A stretch of 64,000 bases of DNA from assembly GCA_951406725.2 (NCBI GenBank), contig OX597823.1, positions 49,104,001-49,168,000 on the forward strand. Reading direction: 5' to 3'. A model generated the notes under the pieces. It was not told the DNA's origin, ran no database searches, and saw only the letters and a list, made by a program, of their open reading frames with translations. The DNA is from Octopus vulgaris. Its lineage: Eukaryota. Both the position numbers and the translations under genes were made by a program. Position 1 is the stretch's first letter; the number at the start of each line of letters is the position of its first letter. Positions 25,195-40,124 of the stretch are shown in pieces.

Positions 25195-25198
<4 letters not shown>
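23555..25198 (+). mobile_element. Decayed mariner (DD34D) element with internal insertions
   Basis: TIRs CAAGGTGCATTCCCGAAGTTTTAAGACT / AGTCTCAAAACTTCTGGAATGCAATTTG; remnants IKFxCVKQGK, WVPSGQTVN, QDKAP, PPYNPDCAPCDFWLF and GSYFEGD*. Confidence 0.85.
23811..24032. mobile_element. piggyBac-type MITE nested in mariner
   Basis: TTAA|CCCTTTTTTTACCA...TGGTATCAGAAGGG|TTAA; removing it rejoins the mariner N-terminal sequence. Confidence 0.85.
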
Positions 25199-25230
<32 letters not shown>

Positions 25231-25362
25231 TGTGTGCACATACACACATATATATAGACATATATATTCACATGTATATATATATATGTATATGTACATA
25301 TCTGTATGTATATGTATGCATATATCTGTGTGTGTGTGTGTGTGTGTGTTATATATACATAC

Positions 25363-25417
<55 letters not shown>

Positions 25418-25599
25418 TGTGCACGCGTGTGTCCATGCTGCGCATACGTCTGAGAACTTCAAATAAACTCAGAAAAATATGCCGGGGGTGTGTATAATGC
25501 GAGTCAGAGAGAAAGAGGGAGAGAGAAAGGGAGAGAGAGAGAAGCGGACGTAATGATGTTGATTAGGACTTCCCTGTCTTCAAGGAAACATTCTGTTGA

Positions 25600-26575
<976 letters not shown>

Positions 26576-28174
26576 ACTTTAAGAAAGGTCTATCTATCTA
26601 TCTATCTATCTCTTGTTTCACGGTTGCTTCATCGATTTATGAGAGAATATAAACTAATAATTAAACTGATAGTCAACAAACGTAGAAGGCCATTTGCATT
26701 GTTAGGATTATGATAACATGATATCATTTGAAATATTCGATTACAATTAAATATTTGCCGTAATTAAATTGAATAACTGTGCAGATGTGACAAATGTCTT
26801 TCCGGTTAATCATTATTTTAGCTATATAAATAGGAGCCACATTATTTAAGCACCAGCTTGCCTTCAGGTGATTGTAGATGTCAATACCTGGAGTTTGAAA
26901 AGGATTTGAATACAGCTTAAATGAATGGGGTTTGATCGCACTATCAATCTCCTCTTTTGTGTTATTTATATTGATTTCTAACATAAGTACAAAATCTCGC
27001 GTTTCGGGTGGAGTTTTGCGGATTAAATTGACTTCAGTATGTGACTGGTACTTTATTTATCATAACCAAGAGAGTGAGAGCTATAGATTTCGGCAAGATT
27101 TAAAACCTCAGAACTTGAAAAGCAAATAACTAGATACTGCAAAGCATTTTGTCTGACGCTCAAACGATTCTTCTAATTCAGGTGTCACACACACACACAC
27201 ATACCAACACACAGAGAGACATACCCACAATAGAGAATGGAATGAAATTGCATGATGATAATGCCTTTCTCAACGGTGTTAGCAGTTGAAGTGAAATTAT
27301 TTTGCTTTAACCGAGTATTTAAAATAGCTCATGGGTTTGTCTAACCCAGAAGCTTTAGTGTATTTATTTACTATTTATTATTCGGTGTTAAAGACAATAT
27401 ATTGCATTAAAGATAGCTAGCATTGCAGTATACTACTGCACTAACAGCATTTCTGTATTTAGTTATGGCCCTTCCAGTGAAGGCATTCAAATCTTGAAGT
27501 GCTTTAAATAATTAATTTATACTATTAATAGACTGAAACATATTTAACCGACTCTTACCTCGCACATTCCTTTTCAACTATTGGTCTTCAACCTAGAATG
27601 AAAATCGTTATGTACTGAGGTTGATTTAATCGACGTTCCTTGTCATCAAATTTGTGGTCTTGTACCTATACTAGAAATCAATATATCATATTATTTTATA
27701 TTATATTGTAATGAATTATTCACGTGTATACAAACGACATATAGATATATACATACATACACATATTTACAACAATTGTATTGATAGAAATTTTAAGGTT
27801 TCATTGATATAAGTTTTAAGAAACTTTAAGGTTGCTGTCAACAAAATAAATCATTTTTAAATATCAGACTTTACATATGTGCTGAGTCTTTAATTCAGTT
27901 AATGTTTGTTGCTTTTATCTATACAAAAGTACTTTTAATTAATTACATATATATAAACACACATGCACACGCACACATATGTATATGGTGCTAATTAAAA
28001 AGCACCCAGTCCACTGTAACGTGGTTGGTGTTAGGAATGGTATCCAGTTGTATAAACCATGTCAAAACAGACTGGAGCTAGGGGCAGTCCTCCGGTTTGC
28101 CAGCTCCTGTCAAACTGTCTAACCCATTCCAGCATGGAAAACAGACGTTAAACGATGATGATTAAGATATATAG

Positions 28175-28630
28175 ACTTCTTTCACAGAGTGAAAGGTAGA
28201 TTGTACAATGCCTATGTATGACCAGCAATGCTACAGGTTGTGAAACTTAAGCTATGAAATTAAAGTACATATGAAGAAGACTAGAAGTAAATGAAGCTTA
28301 TATGCTCTGCTGGATGTGCAGTGACAGTGTGCACATATAACAAAGTACAAATGTGTTGAGAGAAAATTTGGGTATAAGAAACATTAAATATGGTGCGCAA
28401 GACAAAAGATTGTGCTGGTATGATCGTATGATATGGATGAATGTGAACAGATGCATAAAGAAATGCTTATCAATAAATGTGAATGGAACCTGTGGAAGAG
28501 GAAGACTCAAAAAGATGTAGGATACAGTAATGAAGACCAAACTCAAGATGTTGAGCCCTGTGGAGGAGATGACAAATGGTTGAGATGAATTGGGATATGC
28601 TGTAGTTGAGAAAAACCCTCCAACTCAACA
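28175..28630 (+). pseudogene. RTE LINE ORF C-terminal fragment
   Basis: Decayed VKGRLYNA...NEAxMLxWMC...LREKxGIRNI...RLCWY...NVNGTCGRGRxKK. Confidence 0.75.
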
Positions 28631-28711
28631 AAAATGAGATTCTGTCAAGACTTCTCCCATAACTCATCTTCTGACACCCATCCCTCAATCAATCTCCTAA
28701 CTATGACACTA

Positions 28712-28917
28712 CAAGGGGGTACTGAAAAGTTCCTGGCTTTGAGTAAAAGAAAATATAGGAGGATACGTTAATTATGATTTTATTCAACATATTCCCCTCC
28801 CAGATTCACATACTTATTGCAGTAGTCCTTTAGTTTTTCCAAGCCCTGTAAAAGAACCCGGAAGAACCAGGCCTTTCGTGACACCCTCAAAACCCAAAAC
28901 TTTTCAGCATCCCCTCG
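28712..28917. mobile_element. Mariner-derived MITE
   Basis: TA|CAAGGGGGTACTGAAAAGTT...AACTTTTCAGCATCCCCTCG|TA; second copy in opposite orientation at 36928-37143. Confidence 0.8.
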
Positions 28918-30159
28918 TAACCCCCTAGTGCTGTGAATGATACCATTTCTTCCCCCTTCACTTTGCATTGTATCTCTGTTACTGTCACTTATCAATTCCT
29001 TCTCCTTGACCTATTTTTTTCATTTATTCTCCTCTAAACTGATATTTATTGCATATAGTGATTGGTGTTTGGAAGAGCATCCAGCTGTAATCTTTTCCTG
29101 ACTTTTTTGCATCTGAAGCCCACCACACCTCCAAAAGCATATTATTTAATTCAAATTCCAATTTTATTTGCAACATTTTAAGCTTCCACTTCTTGTCCTG
29201 TACTTTTCCTGGTTCATTTAAGAATATTATCACTTTCTTGCATTTATTTTTCCAGTTCATCAACTCTTTTTGCAGGCATCACTTTTTACCTGTTAAAATT
29301 AAAAAATAATAATTGGTTTTAAGAAATAACAGTTGTATTCATTATTTTAATTATCAATTATCTATTATTGGCATTGATTGGTTTTATCATTAAGTACAAA
29401 AATAAACTTAGAAAATAATTCTTGGTTTAACACTTAAACATAAATCTTACTTAAAAAACCACAAGGAAAATGTACAATTTGATGAGCTTAAATTGGCATA
29501 TTTATGCCTGAAATCAAAAATAAATATTTTATTCTCATAGAACCTTGGCATTTTCACTAAATGTGAATAAAAAATTATGGAATATTTTGCACCAAAACTT
29601 GAACTGGAAATCACAATTATTTTTGCACCTAAAAGTTGACTATTTTGCACTTTTAATTCACTCTTTACGTATGATTTATCTATAAAATAAATTGGACATG
29701 TGTGATCATTGTATTCTTTCTTGTCTTGAGGTTCACAGCCAAACAACTGGGTGGATTTGTGTAAAAAAATGGCACACACACAGAGACAGGTGCATAGATT
29801 GGAATGCAGTTTGTATTTTTTTCCTAGCCCCCATACTTACCGAAAAAATCTATTAAAACTTTTTCTAATGGAATTCCCCTGTTTGCTCTGCCATTAAAAC
29901 AACCAGTTGCTCACACAGCCAGCATACACCATTTCGCTAGCAACAAGGGGAATACAGGATGACAGTCAGTCCAAACTTTCTCTCTGCTGTCTCTCTTCTT
30001 TCACCTCTTTGACGGGTTAATAATCTTCATCTTTAGTTACAGTTTCTCATTTAAACTACATAATAGGCAAATTGTCAGATTAAGACAGTAAGGTGTTTTG
30101 AGGGAGATTTGACTTCTATTTCTACCAGGTCTAGCTACCATGTAGAGGTCTGAACTGAA

Positions 30160-30542
30160 TTTTCATTCACATATTTGCATTTCAAAAATTTAACATAATC
30201 TTTTCCATAAATCAACTATTGTAAACATTTTCTACCATGACCTCACACTTTCTATGTATGCGTATGTGTACCTTAAAAAACGTGATTAGACAGAGGTCCA
30301 ATAGAATAGCTCTCAGAAACAGGCTACGTGCAAATTCTTTCTTCACAACTCCTGAAGCTGTTTTCTGACAAGCGGTGGGGTGGGGGTGTTGTCAGGAAAT
30401 TTTCATACAGCTGGAGGCTCCAATTGAAACAAGGAACCCGAAATGATAAGGTTGAAAAACACTGTTATAGATTATGCCTAACCAAAAACGATCACAACTA
30501 CATCATCCAAACAAACCGGGTGAAACTGGACTTAGCCGCTAG
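30160..30542 (+). mobile_element. Helitron-like remnant with 3' end
   Basis: CCGGGTGAAACTGG hairpin followed by GCCGCTAG|T; internal segment shared with ~39060-39180. Confidence 0.45.
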
Positions 30543-31849
30543 TTAAATATACATATTAGAAAATCAGAAAACTTTTTAGTTTGTGCAACACTTCTCTAAA
30601 AGACAAACATCTAGATAGAACCAATCCAAAGATACTGATCAAAATTCGGAACTAGTGCATCACTGCCTCTTTTCTCTGCATTGCTACTGAATGTTATTGT
30701 CAAAGCTTCCCATTAGACAAAATTCCCCAGAATTTGATTGCTTTTGTTTAATAAATTTTTACTTTCTACAGTGCGATTTTTGACAATGATTACGTAATTA
30801 GGGTACTCTTATGATTTTTTATTTCAGCATAATTAAAGCTAAAATAATAATGGAATAAGGAAGCTATTCTATTTACAAGTTACATCTATGCAGTCTCTCC
30901 CATTTTTAGATACATATTCTATTGTAACTTTTTTAACCCAGCCAATTTTGTATTATAGTATCTAATATTTATCCTCATTATCATTTGATCGAGCTTACTT
31001 AAAATGTAGCAGAGCTCTAGCCTTTTCCTATGAACTTAACTGCATTTAATTAAGAATTGGATTAGAGAGAAAGAGAGAGAGAGAGAGAGAAAGAGCATAG
31101 AAATGAGCATGTAAAAGTAAATATTAACCTTGAGAATATCAGCCACCCATTGCTGTAGGTGAATGATGGTATTGTTGTAAATATTGTCATCCATTTAGTG
31201 CCATGGTGTATTGGCTCATCTCTCAACTCTGTTCTCTAACATTTAGATATGATTTTTAAGAGAGACACGAACAAGACATTTTGGAGATGGATTTTGTCAA
31301 TTATTGTATTGACCCCTACCCTTAACCCCCTTCAGAAACCAAATTGGTGGTGCCAGTATGTTTTGCACTTTGAACAAGAGGGATTTTATTACGTTTAATT
31401 AGTTACAAGTCATTAAATTTATTGATCTGCTATTTCTGAATATTTGAAAATAATAACAGCTGCCAAGACAAATAAATTCTTTGAATTTTGTGGTGAACAT
31501 TGTAGTTATACTTATTTGTACAATGTTAGAACATTTTAGCAAAGAGAATAATCAGTTGAATTGAACAAAATCTCTATCTTTATACTTATTTTACCTCTTC
31601 TATAGAAATGAAAGATAAATGTTTGCATAGTTTAGAAGTTTGGCTCACAACTGTGTGATTCTAGTTTCACTCCTATAACCATTGTACTTTAGGCAAGGTT
31701 CACAGGCTGTCTCTAAAGGGGTGATGCTAGAGCTGTGAAATCTTGCATGCATTAATTCCCAATCTTCTTATTAATAACTGCATTGTTTCTCTCCATGTAA
31801 TCTGACATTTGACTGTTCAAAGAAGACTTCAAAAGTAACTAGTAGCAAT

Positions 31850-32790
31850 TTCTCTTGAAAAATCAACAGAATATGGCATTGTGGTGTTATCAAGTACCTG
31901 CAGAAAAAGAGTTTATCCCCCAAGGACATTCATGCTCACATGGCTGCTACATTAGGGAATAATGCTCCAGCTTTATCTACAGTGAAAAAGTGGGTGGCTG
32001 GATTTAGGAGGGGAAGGGAGAGTATTAAAGATGACCCAAGGTCTGGACAACCTGCAACTGCCACCACTGAGGAAAACATTGATTGTGTTCACACATGGTG
32101 ATGGATGACAGGTCACAGACTATAAATCAAATGGGCAATGCTATTAACATATCCTGTGAGAGAGTTGAGAATATTCTGCACGATAAAGCTTTCTGTATGA
32201 TGAAGGTTTCTGCTTGGTGGGTGCCACATCTTTTGACACCTGATCAAAAGCTTGCCAAGCAGATCAATTCATGGGAAAATCTGACATTGTGTGAGGCAAA
32301 TCTAGCTGCTTTCCTTGAACATTTCTTAACCCAGGATGAGTATTGGGTTCACCACTTTGTGGCAGGGACAAAGAGATAATCCATCCAAGGTTGTTTCCTC
32401 TGCTGGGAAGGTGATGGCTTTAGTTTTTTGGGGATGCAACAGGCATTGTGTATATTTATTGACTATCTTCAAAAGGGCCTCATCCTCAATGGAAAATACT
32501 ATACAAACTTGCTGAGGCAGTTACAAAAGGCTACCAAGACCAAATGCCCAGGAAAACTGATGAAAGGGGTCTTGTTTCATGAAGACAATGCTCCAGCACA
32601 CAAGTCTTTGGTTTCAATGACTGCTGTGCTGACTGTGGCTTTGAACCTGTTGATTATCCTTCATATTCTCCTGATTTGGCCCCATCTGACTATCATCTGT
32701 TCCCTAACATGAAAAAACACTTGGCTGGGAACTAGTATTGCAGTAGTAATGACATCATACCTGCTGCTGATGACTTTTTTTACCAGTGAG
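31850..32790 (+). pseudogene. Decayed mariner transposase
   Basis: VIKYLQKK...DDPRSGQP...KVSAWWVPHLL...TQDEYWVHHF...FHEDNAPAHKS...PYSPDLAPSDYHLFPNMKK, with stops and frameshifts. Confidence 0.9.
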
Positions 32791-32977
32791 ATGAAATCGA
32801 ATTATAACCAGCCGAAATTGCAAAGATAATCTGGAACTTGACTGATGAAAGAAAACTTTGAATGACCCATCCTTGTTTTTTCTTGTCCCTTTTTTGTATC
32901 ATCTAACTGTCTGGATGTTTTGCGTTCTTGTCCCATTTTTCGTATTCCTTTACATATATATATGCACACATATATGG

Positions 32978-33352
32978 GCATGCCTGTGTGGTAAGTAGCT
33001 TGCTTACTAACCACATCCTTCTGGGTTCAGTCCCACTGTGTGGAACCTTGGGCAAGTGTCTTCTACTATAGCCTTGGGCCAACCAAAGCCTTGTGAGTGG
33101 ATTTGGTAGACGGAAACTGAAAGAAGCCTGTCATATATATATATGTGTATGTATATGTTTGTATCTCTGTGTTTGTCCTCCCACCATCACTTGACAATCT
33201 ATGTTGATGTGTTTATGTCCCTGTAACTTAGTAGTTCAACAAAAGAGACTGATAGAATAAGTGCTAGGCTTACAAAGAATAAGTCCTGGGATCAATTTGT
33301 TCCACTAAAGGCGGTGCTCCAGCATGGCTGCAGTCAAATGACTGCAACAAAT
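32978..33352 (+). mobile_element. Family A SINE
   Basis: Head, core and tail present. Confidence 0.85.
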
Positions 33353-34019
33353 GAATGAATATGTGTGTGTGTGTGAGCTTTTGTGTACATTTGACAAAAT
33401 GTCATGTGATGTGACCATCATACAAGCAGCACTATCTGCTTCCCATCTTCTGTAACAAAACTTTATCTCGCCTGGAAATGAATGGGAGTGGACTACCTGA
33501 AGGATACCCAGCTGTAGAAAAGCTGCCTCAACAACTTCTATCTGATCCATGCTGGCATGGAAAATTGGTCGTTAAAACAATGATGATGATATTGATGTAG
33601 GATGACTTTACCTTTCATTTTCACACATGACGTAAATATAAGACTAAGTTCTGAAGTTGATATAACTGACTAAATTAATTTATACACACACACATATATA
33701 TGTGTATACATGCACACCCATATACTCACACACACACACTTGTGTGTGTGTGTGTGTGTGTGTGTGTTAACCTTCCTCTGATGTATATTAGTAAAGGATA
33801 TAAGCATCAATAAACTGTTGCTTTACAAATACAGAGACATTTGTTTAGTGTTAAGTTACAAATACTCTGTTGCTACTCTCACCGACAAAAATTCACTGAA
33901 CCAGAGATTGGCCCATTCAACACAACCTGTGTCCAGTGATACTATTAGTCACCAATCATGATATAAAAATAAATTAAAATGAAGATGCCTGGTAGTATTT
34001 GAACCAGGAATGTAGACAG

Positions 34020-34062
<43 letters not shown>

Positions 34063-34786
34063 GTCCATTTTCAATGCAGGTAAGGTTGGAAACTACATAA
34101 GACTCCAGTTGGCATGGTTTCTTCAACCAGATGCCCTTCCTAATGCCAATCACCTTACAGAGTATACCAGATGCTTCTATGTGGAACCAGCACCAAATGA
34201 AACTAAAAGCAAACAAAAAATATATATATTGCAAGACATTTAGCTTAGTACTTACTGATTTCTACTCATATTGGCATTTATTCAGTACGGTCTGAACTGA
34301 CTCAAACCAAAGAATCTTCTTCAGTATCATGAACAGATGACGACCATTCTCAGTCATCAGATGTGCCTGATACAGGAATGATTGGCCAGCCACAATTCCA
34401 ACAACTGACACTTTCTAAACTAAGATTAAACATCAATTCAAGATGTAACTTGTGCAGTAAGGGGAAAATAAACATAATCCACCTTGCAGGTCCTCTTGTA
34501 ATGTTAATCTTTTCCAGCAGTCATATATCTGTCCAAAATCTTGCTGTCTAACCTCTGGCCAGAACTAATGGCAAGTTCTCTCAACTCATGTGGCTACCAC
34601 ATCTATCCTGAATGACAGCCTCAAGGCAAAAGATACTTACACTAGTCATCTTTCCACTCACATGACCTCCCTTGCTCCTCTCCTGGAAAGGCCCCTTGGC
34701 TATTTGCATGATGTTACTGACCCTATAATCCTAAATCTAATTTTTCCCTGTAAGTTTGGATTTACTCCATAATATTATTGTATACG

Positions 34787-34836
<50 letters not shown>

Positions 34837-35810
34837 TATATAAACATATGTATATATATATGTGTCTATGTGTGTGTGTGTGTGTGTACAAATATATATA
34901 TATACATACCAGATCCACTTACAAGACTTTTGTTTGTCTGGGACTGTAGTAGAAAACACTTGCCCAAGGTGCCACTGTCATGCAGTGAGACTGAATCCAG
35001 AACCATGTGGTTGGAAAGCAAACTTCTTATCACATGTACACTTTACACAAACACTGGCAGTAAACAAAAATGGATCCTAGGAAATGTATAAAGGAATCTT
35101 CAGACTTAGAACCTGGTGAGCTACAAAAGGAAATAAGTTGAATTGGTGCATTTGAGATCTGTTTAGGTCACCTCTAGTGAAAATTCCTTTTCATAATGCC
35201 AGATCATGGAACACTGATGTAGCATTAATTGTTAGGATGACTTAGACGTGTCTTGCAACTGTTAGGTGTTGATAATATATAAATGATTTAAAGACATGAT
35301 GAGGATGAAAAAGAATATCTATACGCATGATGGAGGGAAAAAAAAATCGTACATGAAAGGAAGTTGTATACAGATTACATAATTGTCTCTCATCTACAAA
35401 GGGATCGTTAATTAATTCATCATCATCATCATCACCACCACCACCACCAACACCATCATCACCATCACCTTTGCTATCATTATTATCAACGTCATCATCA
35501 TCATTATCATCACCACCACTGCCACCACTACATCGTCATCATCACCATCCATTGTCACCATCATCATTATCATCATTGTCATCATCATTATTGTCATCTT
35601 TCTAATGTCCATACTTCCATGCTTGCATGGATAGGACAGAATTTATTGAGGTAGATGATTTTCTACTGCTGGATGCCTTACATGCCACCAACCTTTACCT
35701 GTTTCCAAGCAAGGTAATATTTCCCCATCGCCAGACATGATTTTGCAGAAGATGAGAAATGAATGACATTCTTTTACAATAATCACACATATGTCAAAAT
35801 ACTGAGACAT

Positions 35811-35847
<37 letters not shown>

Positions 35848-36927
35848 CATACACAAACACACACAAGTATATATACATATGATAGGCTTCTTTCATTTTC
35901 CATCTACCAAATCCACTTGGGGCTATAGTAGAAGACACTTGTCCAAGTTACCAGCAGTGGGACTGAATCTGAAACCCCATGGTTGGATGATCCAGCCTGT
36001 GCGTATGTGACGGCTGTGCCTATGTTATTCAGAAAAGGAAATGAAATGTTCAATTATTTTACAAATTGTTCAAGAAATGAGGAATTTCAAATGCATTGCA
36101 TGGTACAGAAGATGTGGGATGGTGATGGTGGTGATGATGATGATGATGATGGTGATGATGATGGTGGTGGTGGTGGTGGTGGTGGTGGTGGTGGTGATGA
36201 AGAAGAAGCAGATAATGTGCAACATATAATTATGGGAAGTGATTATGGGAAGGATATCTATGATAATACACAGTCGCTCTGACGAGCCTAAAGGTTCTGA
36301 AGATAAGAAACAGTGTGTTTTCATTGGAGTTTTATTGGATATTTTTGACTGAAATGTTTAAGAGTTAGCAAGTAATTGTGATTTAAAGTCATATCAAATT
36401 TCTCCTTCAGTTTTGTGTGCATAAATGAACCATACAATTTCACTTTTATTCATTCACCATATTTATAATTTTTAAAATAATATTTATCATTTCTTCTTTA
36501 AATATCTATAATTTCTTTTTTGTTTAAATATTTATAGCCTTAATCTTCATTAAATTAGCAAATTAGAAATGAAACTTTAACGCTGATATCATCTTCTGTA
36601 ATGAGTATGACATCGGTGAAGGTAGTCAATCAAATATGAAGGACACAAGTAAAACAACATGTGTAAATATTCATAAGAGCTACAGGGCCATATTTACTTA
36701 ATAGGACATGTGTTTTCATGTGGACAGAAGATAATTTTTGGCAGTAAATTCATTCTTTTCTTTCCGTTTTCTTCCTTAGTCATTTAAAAGATCATTTAGA
36801 GTTCTGCTTCTTATTGAGTTCTTTGGATTGTGTGTTGAGTTTCATTTACAAGGAGAATTATTTCTAGTAACATCATTAATGATAGGAGGAGTGTCAGTAC
36901 AGCTCTGATCTAATCTAATCCAATCTA

Positions 36928-37143
36928 CAAGGGGGTTCTGGAAAGTTCTTGGCTTTAAGGATATCGTGAAAGGTCTAGTTGGAGGCCCAACCTTCTGAGT
37001 TCTTTTACAGGATATAGAAAAACTGAAGGACTATAGCAAAAGGTATGTGAATCTGGGAGGGGTATATATTGAATAAAATCATAATTTCTTGTTTTTTTTG
37101 TTTTTTTTGTACCCAAAGCCAGAAACTTTGCAGCAGCCCCTCA
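36928..37143. mobile_element. Mariner-derived MITE (same family as 28712-28917)
   Basis: TA|CAAGGGGGTTCTGGAAAGTT...AACTTTGCAGCAGCCCCTCA|TA. Confidence 0.75.
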
Positions 37144-37834
37144 TAATGTTCATCTGTATTTTCGACGATGACCAGGACATCACATGGGAGAGGAAGCTGG
37201 GTCACAGTGTGTCCAGCTGTGGCCAATCAAGCCAATGTGTGCTTGGAAGGTTCTGCCACAGTTTGGGCATTGATGGTCTACTGGGAATGAAGGAAGGAGT
37301 TGACTCTAGACTTGCATAGCTCATATTTTCTTTGTGTTCCTTTGATCCTATTCTGTTCCTCTAGAGGACCTTTGGAGTAACATTACATGACAAAGTGCAA
37401 AGTTTAGAGACCAGGGAGTCTCTTCAGGTCGTGCTGCTACTTCTCAGCACTGAAAGCTCACAGCTCTGTTACAATGGCCATCGGATTAGAATGTCACAAG
37501 AGGAATTCTTCAAGCCAAGTCAACTAGGAGACTTAGAAATAGAGCAAGAATGAGATGGTTTGAGAATATCCAGTTTTAGCTGGCCACACTTGGAAATCCA
37601 GTTGGAAAATTTAAATGATGGCTGCTTCTGATGCCTGAAGACGCTGTCCCTATGACCCTGGATGGATAAGAGCTATGGCGTGCTAAATAAAAGGATGATG
37701 ATACAGAAGTTTTTGCAACTTGGACAGCTCTAAAGTCTACACTCTTAAAGTTAAACCCTCATATCTATGGCTCAATCTACTCATCTGGACTTGTCAAGGA
37801 ATTTATGAATGCACTGATAATAAGGACCCTTCAA

Positions 37835-38054
37835 CCCTTTAGCATTTAAACTAGTCATATCTGGCCAAACTATTCAACTTCTTTTATGCTCAAATTGTCC
37901 AGATCTAGCCTTTCACACCAACCCTACAATATCATTCTAAAAATTAACAGCTACCTCATCAAAATTGCAAAGCTATGAGATAACGCATGATTAATTCAAA
38001 ACAATGTGAATAAATAAGCATTACTTTCAGCAGAATGATGTAAATATTAAATGG
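37835..38054. mobile_element. piggyBac-type MITE (second family, decayed)
   Basis: TCAA|CCCTTTAGCATTTA...TAAATATTAAATGG|TTAA. Confidence 0.6.
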
Positions 38055-38661
38055 TTAAGTTTTTAGAAAAATGACTTTAGATGTAATAATTGTAAATATA
38101 AATATAAAAAAGATAATTCACTCAGCGCTTCAAGTATTATTATGAAACATTCTAACAATAATAATGTTAGCACTTCTAATAGAAATAACAATAATATCAA
38201 TTATTATTATAATATGTAGTACTACTAGGAAAACTTTGAATGTGTGAAGGTTCATAAGAACTGGTATAGTAATATGATCCCACTATAAGTACAAATACAA
38301 AGAATTGATAGAGAAATGTCAGGCATGTTTTAACAGAATATTGAAAATGAATGACATTCACTTGCAACAGCCACAGGACTTCATTGAAGACAAGGTGTAC
38401 TTACAGATGTGTGTGTGTGTGTGTGTACATAATTGTTGACATCATGAGAATATTATAATCCTTCGAGAGAACAATTCTCTTTTGGATAAGTGAATCTCAA
38501 AGCACAGAAAACTATTGCTAATAATAGCATGTAAATATTGGACGGAAATGTCCTTTTTGATAGAAAATTCAAAGGCTGTCCATAGGACACATATTATTTT
38601 TCTATTCAAAGGGGATTTTTAAAGTTAATATTTAATTTTTGCTATTTATTGCTTCATGTGA

Positions 38662-38880
38662 AGGCAGAGAGCTGGCAGGATCTTTAGCATCATGGACAAA
38701 ATGCCAATAAACATTTTGTCCATCTTTACATTCTGAGTTCAGATTCTGCCAAGCTTGATCTTTACTTTTGTCCTTTCAGGGTGAATAAAATAAGTACCAG
38801 TCAAGTTCTGTGGTTGATGAAATCAAGTAGCCACCTCCCCTAAAATTCCAGGCTTTGCAACTATAGTAGAAAGGATTATT
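38662..38880 (+). mobile_element. Family B SINE, old
   Basis: GGCAGAGAGCTGGCAGGA head and TTCTGAGTTCAGATTC. Confidence 0.7.
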
Positions 38881-40124
38881 TATTGCTTTACTTGCTTTGA
38901 GATCCACTGCTCCCAAAAAAGAATTATATATATATATATATATATATTATGTGTGTGTGTGTGTGTGCAAATGTTCTTTATGCCTTCCAAAACCGAGCTG
39001 CTGATTTTGACATAAGGGGTATCAAAAGATTCAGTAAACTTTTGCCTACCAACTAAGCTATATTTTCATTCACATATTTGCAGTACAAAAATTTAACATT
39101 ATCATTTTTGTTTCAGTCACCTAACATAAACGACATTTTATATCACCATCACAATGACTATGACATCACATTTTCTATATGAGTGTATTCGCATGTTTGT
39201 TACCTACATTAGGCTGATGACGGACAAGTATATGTGTGTGACAGTGTATGTATCTCAGTATACATACATTTTCATGATGACTGACACACACATCTAAAGA
39301 CAGAGACAGACACATACAGGGACAGAGATAGGCTTCAGGTGTGTGTTAATGTACGTGTGTGTGTGTGTGTGTGTGTCTTAGTTTATCTAAGTAATTCCCC
39401 ACCCCCACTGCAACAGTGAAATGCACCGATATTGAAAGTTTACTTGCAGCCTGGACTTCAAACAAACAACAACGTTCACTTTCAAATAGTACCAAAATGA
39501 AGATTTGGCTGATTTAACACCACTCACAATACTCACAAATATATCTGGAAAAAAAAAATTATTTTGGTTATTATAACAAATTCGGAAACTTGGCGAAGTA
39601 GAAAGTCACAGCAGCTCTTTCAATATAATTACACAAATGTTATTCCACACCTTCTAACCAGTTTCAAGATAATGTTGTTTTTTTAACAGTCCTAGTATTC
39701 CTCATCACTGCGAGTATCAACGTCGCACAAACTTTTTACTGCGTTACTCAGTATTTTTCATTCCTCCTGAGTGTTAAACTAAAACACCTGCTTGTTGTTC
39801 TTTCAATTGTCTTTGTCTTTTGTTTACTGTAAATTTGAACTCTATAAATATACATATAAATACATACACACACACACACACACACACTCCTTTTCCATAC
39901 TATTCTCTTGGCCCTTTTAAAAATATAGACATTCAAGACTGCATATTGTGCACATTATTACAATTTATTCTTCTCTTATCCTCACATATGTATCTCTTTC
40001 CTTCCTTTCTTTCTTCCCATACTTCTTTGTTCTCTCTTTCACCATTAAGATTTCATTTGAGGTCTACTCTGGATATGTGTATCACAGTTAAATTAAGTAG
40101 GTGCAGATGTTCTTGTGTCGATAG

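Noticed and set aside
36270-36320. CTGACGAGCCTAAAGGT...GAAAC hammerhead-like motif
   Set aside because: GAAA does not follow helix II directly, and no helix I/III pairing was found
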